This document shows, one piece after another, positions 57,076 to 64,000 of a DNA stretch of 64,000 nucleotides. This DNA comes from Candidatus Latescibacterota bacterium (GTDB taxonomy: Bacteria; Latescibacterota; UBA2968; UBA8231). The notes under the pieces were generated by a model. The model made no database searches. It worked only from the letters and a program-made list of their open reading frames with translations, and had not been told where the DNA came from. Numbering within the stretch: position 1 is the stretch's first letter; the number at the start of each line of letters is the position of its first letter. Position numbers and translations under genes: made by a program. The stretch lies in NCBI GenBank assembly GCA_964291625.2, contig OZ220089.1, forward strand, positions 4,576,001 through 4,640,000. The letters run 5' to 3'.

Positions 57076-59163
57076 GTGACCGCCGACTCCCCATCTTCTG
57101 TCCGCCCCAACCGTCTTTCCCGCGAGACCAGTCCCTACCTGCAGCAGCATGCCCACAACCCCGTGGACTGGTTCCCATGGGGGGATGAGGCCCTGGATCT
57201 GGCCCGGCGGCAGGATCGGCCGATCCTGTTGTCGGTGGGATACTCCGCCTGCCACTGGTGCCACGTGATGGAACGCGAGTCCTTCGAGAACGCGGCCATC
57301 GCGGCCCTGATGAACCGGCACTTCGTCAACATCAAGGTCGACCGCGAGGAGCGTCCCGAGGTCGACGAGATCTACATGGCGGCGGTGCAGGCCATGACCG
57401 GCAGCGGCGGCTGGCCCATGACCGTCTTCCTCACCCCCGACCTGCGGCCGTTCTTCGGCGGCACCTACTTCCCCCCCGACGACCGCTACGGGCGCCCCGG
57501 ATTCGGCCGGGTTCTGGAGGCCGTGGCGGCGCATTACAGCGATCACCGGGACCGCGTCGAGGAGAGGGCCGCCGAGCTGCGCCGGTTCCTGGTGCAGAAC
57601 GCGGCTCCACTGGCACGGTCCGGGGCGATCGCCGATGGCCTCGTGGAGGCCGCCGCCCGCCAGCTGGTGCGAGATCACGACGAGACCCATGGAGGGTTCA
57701 GCAACCAGGGCCCCAAGTTCCCCAACAGCGGCGGGCTCTCCCTGCTCCTGCGCCACTGGAGCGACGGTGGCGGGGGGGCGGCCCTGGAGACCGCCGCCCA
57801 CACCCTGACGCGGATGGCTCGCGGCGGCATCTACGACCACCTCGGCGGCGGTTTCCACCGCTATTCCGTCGACGAGCGCTGGCTCGTACCGCACTTCGAG
57901 AAGATGCTCTACGACAATGCGCTGCTGGTGCCGGTCTACCTCGATGCCTGGCAGGCCACGGGAACCGATCTCTACGAGTGCGTCGCCCGCGAGACCCTGG
58001 ACTACGTGATCCGGGAGATGACCACGCCGGAGGGGGGGTACTGCGCGACCCAGGACGCCGACTCGGAGGGCGAGGAGGGCCGGTTCTTCGTGTGGACGCC
58101 GGAGCAGGTGGAGGAGGTGATCGAGGACGAGGAGACGGCGCGCCTGTTCTGCCGTACGTACGACGTGACGCCGGAAGGCAACTTCGAGGGCCGCAGCATC
58201 CTCCATCTCTCCTCCGAGCCCGGGGAGCTGGCCCGCTTCCTCGGTGTCGATCCACAGCGGCTGGCGTCGTCCACTTCGGCGGCCAGGGCTGCCTTGTTCG
58301 AGGCGCGCCGGCGGCGGGTGGCCCCGGACCGGGACGACAAGGTGATCGCCTCGTGGAACGGCCTGATGATCGGAGCCATGGCCCGCGGCGCCCAGGTCCT
58401 GGGGGAGCCGGCCTATCTGGCCTCGGCGCGCCGGGCGGCTCGCTTCGTCCTCGACGGCATGGTCCCGGAGGGCCGGCTGCTGCACGTCTACAAGGATGGC
58501 GAGGCCCGCATCGCCGCCTGCCAGGACGACTATGCCGCCCTGGTGGCCGGCCTCGTGGACCTCTACGAGGCGACCTTCGAGGCGGGCTGGCTCCTCGAGG
58601 CCACCACCCTCGCGAGGGCGATGATCGAACGCTTCTGGGATCCCGACGAGGGCGGGTTCTTCTTCGTCGACGCCGGCCGCGGAGACCTCCTCGTACGCAC
58701 GAAGAACCCCTTCGATGGAGCGACCCCGGCCGGCAATTCGCTGGCGGTCCTGGCCCTTCTGCGCCTGGGCACCCTCACCGGCGAGGCCGACTTTCTCCGC
58801 TGTGCCGAGGAGACCCTGCACCTCTATGGCCGGCTCCTCGAGCGGTCTCCCGGGGCCTGTCCCTTCATGGCCTGCGCCCTGCACCAGTACCGCCGGGGCG
58901 CCGTGGAGGTCACGGTGGTAGGCGCGGAAGAGTCCCGCCGGCCCTTCGTCGAGGCCGCCAACCGGCCGTACCTGCCGACACGCGTGCTATCGGGAGGAGC
59001 CGGGGTCGCAGCCCCGGCGGAGGCCGTGGTCCCGGCCCTGGCCGAGCGCCGCCCCGGCGCCGCGGGGGAGGCCCGTGCCTACGTCTGCCGCGATTCGGTC
59101 TGCTCTGCTCCCGTGGAGGACGTGACCGAACTCACTCGCCTCCTCGCCGGGGAAGATGGCTGA
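57076..59163 (+). CDS. Thioredoxin-domain/six-hairpin protein (YyaL/SSP411, DUF255)
   Basis: [59 protein letters not shown] and [11 protein letters not shown]. Confidence 0.93.
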   Translation: MTADSPSSVRPNRLSRETSPYLQQHAHNPVDWFPWGDEALDLARRQDRPILLSVGYSACHWCHVMERESFENAAIAALMNRHFVNIKVDREERPEVDEIYMAAVQAMTGSGGWPMTVFLTPDLRPFFGGTYFPPDDRYGRPGFGRVLEAVAAHYSDHRDRVEERAAELRRFLVQNAAPLARSGAIADGLVEAAARQLVRDHDETHGGFSNQGPKFPNSGGLSLLLRHWSDGGGGAALETAAHTLTRMARGGIYDHLGGGFHRYSVDERWLVPHFEKMLYDNALLVPVYLDAWQATGTDLYECVARETLDYVIREMTTPEGGYCATQDADSEGEEGRFFVWTPEQVEEVIEDEETARLFCRTYDVTPEGNFEGRSILHLSSEPGELARFLGVDPQRLASSTSAARAALFEARRRRVAPDRDDKVIASWNGLMIGAMARGAQVLGEPAYLASARRAARFVLDGMVPEGRLLHVYKDGEARIAACQDDYAALVAGLVDLYEATFEAGWLLEATTLARAMIERFWDPDEGGFFFVDAGRGDLLVRTKNPFDGATPAGNSLAVLALLRLGTLTGEADFLRCAEETLHLYGRLLERSPGACPFMACALHQYRRGAVEVTVVGAEESRRPFVEAANRPYLPTRVLSGGAGVAAPAEAVVPALAERRPGAAGEARAYVCRDSVCSAPVEDVTELTRLLAGEDG

Positions 59164-60109
59164 GGGCAGGGTCGCCACCTCGATCCTCGACACGGTCGGG
59201 GACACGCCCATGGTGCCCCTGCGCCGCATGGTACCGCGCGGGAGCGCCAGGATCCTGTGCAAGCTGGAGGCCCTCAACCCGGCTGGCAGCGTGAAGGACC
59301 GCATCGGTCTGAGCATGATCCGCGCCGCCGAGGGCGACGGACGCCTCAGGCCGGGCATGAGGATCGTGGAGCCCACCAGCGGCAACACGGGGATCGCCCT
59401 CGCCATGGTTGCAGCCGCCCTCGGGTACGACCTCGTGCTGACCATGCCCGACCACATGAGCGAGGAGCGCATCTCGGTGATGGCGGCGTACGGGGCCCGA
59501 ATCGAGCTGACGCCCGCCGAGCAGGACATGGCGGGAGCCATCGACCGGGCCGAGGAGATCGTCGCCGCCGATCCCGCGGGCTCCTTCATGCCGCAGCAGT
59601 TCGGCAATCCCGCCAACCCGGAGGTGCACAGACGAACGACGGCTCGGGAGATTCTGCAGGCTCTGGGCGGCCGGATCGACGCCTTCGTCGCCGGTGTCGG
59701 GACGGGGGGCACCATCAGTGGTGTCGGCGGCGTCCTCCGCGAGGAGCTGGGACCGGCGCTGCGGATCGTGGCTGTCGAGCCCGCTCGCTCCCCCGTGCTG
59801 TCCGGGGGCGAGGCGGGGGTCCACGGCATCCAGGGGATCGGCGCCGGGTTCGTGCCGGAGGTGCTCGATCGCTCGGTGATCGACGAGGTGATCGCCGTCG
59901 AGGACGAGGAGGCCTTTCTCCACACCCGGCGCCTGGCGCGCGAGGAAGGTCTGCTCGTGGGCCCCTCCTCCGGAGCCAATGTCGCCACGGCGCTGAGGGT
60001 GGGGCTCGAGCTGGGAGAGGGGGCCGCCGTGGTCACCGTGCTGTGCGACACGGGATTCCGCTATTTCAGCGTCGACGGCTTCGCCGGCGAGTCCGGCGGC
60101 ACGGGGTGA
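59156..60109 (+). CDS. cysK: Cysteine synthase (O-acetylserine sulfhydrylase)
   Basis: [45 protein letters not shown] and GPSSGAN. Confidence 0.92.
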   Translation: MAEGRVATSILDTVGDTPMVPLRRMVPRGSARILCKLEALNPAGSVKDRIGLSMIRAAEGDGRLRPGMRIVEPTSGNTGIALAMVAAALGYDLVLTMPDHMSEERISVMAAYGARIELTPAEQDMAGAIDRAEEIVAADPAGSFMPQQFGNPANPEVHRRTTAREILQALGGRIDAFVAGVGTGGTISGVGGVLREELGPALRIVAVEPARSPVLSGGEAGVHGIQGIGAGFVPEVLDRSVIDEVIAVEDEEAFLHTRRLAREEGLLVGPSSGANVATALRVGLELGEGAAVVTVLCDTGFRYFSVDGFAGESGGTG

Positions 60110-60118
60110 GGGCTCGCG

Positions 60119-60159
60119 TTGACACTCCCGCGGGGGCTGGTTACATTCGCGAGAGTCAA
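60119..60159 (+). promoter_or_regulatory. Promoter TTGACA-N17-TACATT with an overlapping 12-bp imperfect inverted repeat
   Basis: -35 at 60119 and -10 at 60142; arm TTGACACTCCCG (60119-60130) matches the reverse complement of 60148-60159 (TTGACTCTCGCG) at 10 of 12 positions. Confidence 0.65.
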
Positions 60160-60173
60160 ATAGAAACAACCTC

Positions 60174-60656
60174 TTGGCAGTCCCTGAACCCACAATGCAG
60201 ATCGGTGACTTGGCCGCGCGCGCAGGTGTCTCAACGCGGACCCTCCGCTACTACGAGGAGCTCGGGATCATCGAGCCCGTGGCGCGGACCAACGGCGGCT
60301 TCAGGAGGTACGGCGCCGACCAGTTGCGCCGGTTGCAGATCATCCAGGGCCTCAAGGCTCTGGGTTTCGAGCTCGAGCAGGTGCGCCGGTTGTTCTCCGT
60401 GCGTGAGACGGCCGAGACCGGCGGCGACCTGGCATGTCAGATGATCGGTTTGCTCCAGGGTCAGCAGGAGGAGATCGACCGACGGATCGCCCAGTACCAG
60501 GAGATGAGGGAGCGGAACCTGCGCGGTATCGAAGTGCTGCGCGGATGTCTCCTCTGCGAGATACCGGTCTTCGAGCGTGACTGCCAGAACTGCGAGACCT
60601 ACCGATGTCACGAGGATGTCCCCGACCTCGTGGAGTACGCCATCTTCCGACGCTGA
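60174..60656 (+). CDS. MerR family transcriptional regulator with C-terminal Cys cluster
   Basis: IGDLAARAGVSTRTLRYYEELG, RT.GGFRRY and LGFELEQV; C-terminal CLLC-X8-CQNC-X4-C. The start is TTG 60174 or ATG 60195. Confidence 0.9.
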   Translation: MAVPEPTMQIGDLAARAGVSTRTLRYYEELGIIEPVARTNGGFRRYGADQLRRLQIIQGLKALGFELEQVRRLFSVRETAETGGDLACQMIGLLQGQQEEIDRRIAQYQEMRERNLRGIEVLRGCLLCEIPVFERDCQNCETYRCHEDVPDLVEYAIFRR

Positions 60657-60688
60657 GTACAACGTCGCCTGCCTCTCTGCCCAAGCCG

Positions 60689-61012
60689 ATGATCACCGTT
60701 TCCGACGAAGCCGCTGAGAAGATCCGGAACCTTCTGGACAGGGAGGGATCCCCGGGGCGCGGCCTGCGCGTGGCGGTCCGGGGAGGCGGGTGCTCCGGCT
60801 TTCAGTACCAGCTCGATTTCGAAGAGGCGGCCGGCGACATGGACCAGGTCGTCGAGTCAAACGGTGTCCGCATCTTCGTCGATCCCAAGAGCAGCCTCTA
60901 CCTCAACGGTGTCATCCTGCGTTACGACGACGGTCTGATGGGGGCAGGTTTCCAGGTGGAGAACCCCAACGCCCGGACCACCTGCGGCTGTGGCGAGTCC
61001 TTCTCCGTCTGA
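60689..61012 (+). CDS. iscA: A-type Fe-S carrier (IscA/ErpA/HesB family)
   Basis: LRVAVRGGGCSGFQY and NPNARTTCGCGESF. Confidence 0.92.
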   Translation: MITVSDEAAEKIRNLLDREGSPGRGLRVAVRGGGCSGFQYQLDFEEAAGDMDQVVESNGVRIFVDPKSSLYLNGVILRYDDGLMGAGFQVENPNARTTCGCGESFSV

Positions 61013-62195
61013 CCTGCCCCCGGGCGGGCCTTCCCGGCACATACCCTACCTCGACAATCTGGCCACCACGCCCGTGGACCCGCGCGTCCTGAAGGCGATG
61101 TGGCCGTACTTCACCACTCACTTCGGCAATCCTTCCAGCAGGACCCACGCCTACGGCTGGGGGGCGACGGAGGCCGTCGACCGGGCCCGCGCCCAGGTGG
61201 CCGCCCTGATCGGCGCCGCTCCCCGCGAGATCCTCTTCACCAGCGGCGCCACCGAGGCCAACAACCTGGCCATCAAGGGTGTGGCCGAGGCCAACCGGGA
61301 CCGCGGCGACCACCTCGTGACCTGCGTCACGGAACATCGAGCCGTGCTCGATGTCTTCGCCGCCCTGGAGCGCCGCGGCTTCCGGGTGACCCGTCTGCCC
61401 GTCGACAGCGCCGGAAGCGTCGATCTCGAGCGGTTGGAGGAGGCCCTCGCCGAGGAGCCGGTGCTGCTCTCCCTGATGGCCGCCAACAACGAGATCGGCA
61501 CCCTGCAGCCGCTGGAGGAGATCGGGCGCCTGGTGGCGGCCAGCGGTGTCATCTGGCACTGCGACGCCGCCCAGGCCGTCGGCAAGGTGCCGGTGGACGT
61601 CGCCGGTCTTCCCGTCGACCTGCTGTCGATGTCGGCCCACAAGCTCTACGGACCGAAGGGGCAGGGCGCGCTCTTCGTCCGCCGCCGGAAGCCGCCTCTG
61701 CGCCTGACCCCGCTCATCGAAGGAGGAGGGCAGGAGCGCGGATTGCGTTCCGGTACCCTGAACGTCCCCGGGATCGTCGGCCTCGGCGAGGCCTGCCGCC
61801 TGGGCGGCGAGGAGATGTCCACCGATGCCGCGCGCATCGGGGCCCTGCGCGACGATCTGGAGTCGCGGCTCCTCGATGGCCTTGCGGGACAGGTCCGCCG
61901 CAACGGTGACCCGCGCAGACGCCTGCCGGGCGCGCTGAGCGTCTCCTTCGCCGGCATCCACGGGAGCGATCTGCTGCTGGCTCTGCGGGACCTGGCCGTC
62001 TCCGCGGGCTCGGCGTGCTCTTCCGGTAGCGGCGAGCCGTCCCACGTGCTCAAGGCGATCGGGTGTGACGACGCCACGTCGGCCGCGACGCTGCGCTTCG
62101 GCATCGGACGCTTCAACACGGCCGGCGACATCGACCTTGCGGCGCGCCGCACCGTCCACGAGGCCCGGCGTCTCGCCACGCCTTCTCTCGCCTGA
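60990..62195 (+). CDS. iscS: Cysteine desulfurase IscS
   Basis: YLDNLATTPVDPRV, FGNPSSRTHAYGW, FTSGATEANN, SAHKLYGPKG, RSGTLNVPGIVG and SAGSACSS. The start is uncertain. Confidence 0.92.
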   Translation: MASPSPSDLPPGGPSRHIPYLDNLATTPVDPRVLKAMWPYFTTHFGNPSSRTHAYGWGATEAVDRARAQVAALIGAAPREILFTSGATEANNLAIKGVAEANRDRGDHLVTCVTEHRAVLDVFAALERRGFRVTRLPVDSAGSVDLERLEEALAEEPVLLSLMAANNEIGTLQPLEEIGRLVAASGVIWHCDAAQAVGKVPVDVAGLPVDLLSMSAHKLYGPKGQGALFVRRRKPPLRLTPLIEGGGQERGLRSGTLNVPGIVGLGEACRLGGEEMSTDAARIGALRDDLESRLLDGLAGQVRRNGDPRRRLPGALSVSFAGIHGSDLLLALRDLAVSAGSACSSGSGEPSHVLKAIGCDDATSAATLRFGIGRFNTAGDIDLAARRTVHEARRLATPSLA

Positions 62196-62271
62196 GACGG
62201 TCTTGCGGGAAGCGGGGTGGTCCCTAGCTTCTTGGCCGACGAGTACACCAAACAGGATGGAGAAGACCAGA

Positions 62272-63462
62272 ATGGCTCTCACTTCGAGCCAGCTCCTCGA
62301 AGAGGTCAAGAAGTCGATCACCGAGGTCACCGCCGAGGAGGTCAAGCGGTCCCTGAACAGCGGTGAGATCCGGCACGTCGTCGACGTGCGCGAACGCGAC
62401 GAGGTCATGGACGGCTACATCCCCGGCTCGCACCTCATCCCCCGGGGATTCCTCGAGCTCAACGTCGAGGAGGAGGTCACCCTGGACCGGGAGGAGCCGA
62501 TCGTCCTCTACTGCGCCGGCGGCAACCGCTCGGCCCTGGCCGCGCGCGACCTCGTGGCCATGGGCTATGCCCGGGTGAGTTCCATGGTCGGCGGCATCAA
62601 GGGGTGGAAGGACGCGGGATACGGCATCGAGCAGGACGGCCTCCTGTCCGACGAGGACCTGCAGCGCTACTCGCGGCACATCATCCTGCCCGAGGTCGGC
62701 GAGCGCGGCCAGCAGGAGCTGCTCAAGGCGAAGGTGCTCCTCATCGGGGCCGGAGGCCTCGGCTGCCCGACGGCCCTCTACCTGGCCGCGGCCGGGGTCG
62801 GCACCGTCGGCCTGGTCGACGCCGATGTCGTCGACCGGAGCAACCTGCAGCGGCAGGTCCTCTTCGGGGAAGACGTTCTCGGCCAGCCGAAAGTCGAGGC
62901 CGCCCGCGACCGGCTGCTGAAGCTGAACCCCGGCATCCGCGTTGAGGCCCACCAGGAGCTCATGACCTCCGCCAATGCCATGGACCTCATCGGCGGCTAC
63001 GACATCATCGTCAACGGCTGTGACAACTTCCCCACGCGGTACCTGGTCAACGACGCGGCCGTCATCTCCGGCAAGCCGGTCGTCGACGGCAGCATCTTCC
63101 GCTTCGAGGGTCAGGCGACGGTCTACCACCCCGCCGCGGGCGGACCCTGCTACCGCTGCCTCTATCCCGAACCGCCGCCTCCCGGCGAGGTGCCCAGTTG
63201 CGCCGAAGGCGGAGTTCTCGGCGTGCTGCCCGGAACCGTCGCCATGATCCAGGCCACGGAGGTCGTCAAGCTCGTCATCGGACAGGGCTCCCCCCTCGTG
63301 GGCCGGTTGATCCTGTACGACGCCCTCGACATGAGGTTCCGCGAGATGAAGCTGCGCCGGAACGCGGCCTGCCCCGTGTGCGGCGACGACCCCACCGTCA
63401 AGGAGCTGATCGACTACGACCAGTTCTGCGGTCTCCCGGGCCACAGCGAGGCGGCTGGCTGA
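62272..63462 (+). CDS. moeB: Rhodanese-MoeB/ThiF fusion (MoeZ-like sulfur-carrier adenylyltransferase)
   Basis: N-terminal rhodanese (DVRE..E, YCAGGNRS), then RYSRHIILPEVG, GAGGLG, SNLQRQ, PCYRC, SCAEGGVLG and CPVCG. Confidence 0.9.
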   Translation: MALTSSQLLEEVKKSITEVTAEEVKRSLNSGEIRHVVDVRERDEVMDGYIPGSHLIPRGFLELNVEEEVTLDREEPIVLYCAGGNRSALAARDLVAMGYARVSSMVGGIKGWKDAGYGIEQDGLLSDEDLQRYSRHIILPEVGERGQQELLKAKVLLIGAGGLGCPTALYLAAAGVGTVGLVDADVVDRSNLQRQVLFGEDVLGQPKVEAARDRLLKLNPGIRVEAHQELMTSANAMDLIGGYDIIVNGCDNFPTRYLVNDAAVISGKPVVDGSIFRFEGQATVYHPAAGGPCYRCLYPEPPPPGEVPSCAEGGVLGVLPGTVAMIQATEVVKLVIGQGSPLVGRLILYDALDMRFREMKLRRNAACPVCGDDPTVKELIDYDQFCGLPGHSEAAG

Positions 63463-63489
63463 GGCATCGGCCGCCTCGGCCGCCTTCCG

Positions 63490-64000
63490 ATGATCATGGC
63501 GCCGCCCGCCGGCGTCGACTCCCTCCTCATCGGTCTCGACGAGGAGACCGGCCAGGATCCGGTTCTCGACCTGGCGGCGCAGTTCGGAAACCCCCGCCCC
63601 GTGGAGCTCGAGCTCGGGATCGGCAAGGGGCGCTTTCTCCTCGACGCCGCCCTGCGCAACCCGGGGGTGAACTACATCGGTGTTGAGCAGGCGTCGAAGT
63701 ACCTTCGCCTCGCCCATGCCAGGGCCCTGCGCCGGGGCTGCGCCAACCTCCGCTTCGTCCACGGTGACGCCAGGGAGTTTGTCGAGTTCTTCCTCGCCGC
63801 CGCCTCGATCAGCGCCATTCACGTCTATTTCCCCGACCCGTGGCCGAAGAAACGGCATCACAAGCGGCGGCTGCTCGACGAGGCCTTTCTCGTGGAGGCG
63901 GAGAGAATCCTCATCCCCGGCGGGCGGCTCTGGATCGCAACCGACCACGATGGCTACTTCGAAGCGATCCTCGAGGCCCTCGACCCGTTCAACAGCCTCC
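63490..64000 (+). CDS. trmB: tRNA (guanine-N7)-methyltransferase, 3' end outside the window
   Basis: Hand translation gives VELELGIGKGRFL, NYIGVE, GDA, YFPDPWPKKRHHKRRL and ATDH..YF. It is not in the ORF track because there is no stop in the window. Confidence 0.93.
   Translation, partial: MIMAPPAGVDSLLIGLDEETGQDPVLDLAAQFGNPRPVELELGIGKGRFLLDAALRNPGVNYIGVEQASKYLRLAHARALRRGCANLRFVHGDAREFVEFFLAAASISAIHVYFPDPWPKKRHHKRRLLDEAFLVEAERILIPGGRLWIATDHDGYFEAILEALDPFNSL

Overview
High-GC (roughly 70% by eye) bacterial chromosomal window, mostly housekeeping and accessory metabolic genes. I found no CRISPR array, transposase, integrase or rRNA. The gene style (giant Calx-beta-repeat surface protein, DUF3604, PcRGLX-like, CBM9-like and FGE-sulfatase proteins) suggests a diderm of the FCB/Latescibacterota-Gemmatimonadota type; this is inference only. 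In order: (1) a >1500-aa secreted repeat protein on the minus strand that runs off the window and is missed by the ORF track; (2) nadC, a PcRGLX-like gene, DUF3604, a GT3-like gene, a lipoprotein and a cysteine desulfurase; (3) a lipid/envelope block with an MCE (Mla/Pqi-like) operon containing an unknown outer-membrane protein, a DAG-kinase-family gene, an ElbD-like reductase-AMP ligase-ACP-acyltransferase megaenzyme and lgt; (4) ilvD, rpiA, then hrcA-grpE-dnaJ-mrp-orphan nuoB-prmA-rsmE-aroQ; (5) an rnhB-yraN fusion, pyrC, a fused ECF ATPase, queA, ispDF, then rplM-rpsI-rpsB-tsf-frr without pyrH; (6) cfa, tRNA-Ala(TGC) and ssb; (7) a sulfur/Fe-S block of cysK, a Cys-cluster MerR regulator, iscA, iscS, a rhodanese-MoeB fusion and trmB. 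The best novelty candidates are the MerR-headed Fe-S/sulfur-relay operon with an inverted repeat over its promoter, the ElbD-like enzyme plus MCE/beta-barrel lipid block, and the Mrp-coupled orphan NuoB. Two homopolymer frameshifts (DUF2231, ispDF) are probably sequencing errors. All calls come from motif recognition by eye; no database searches were run.
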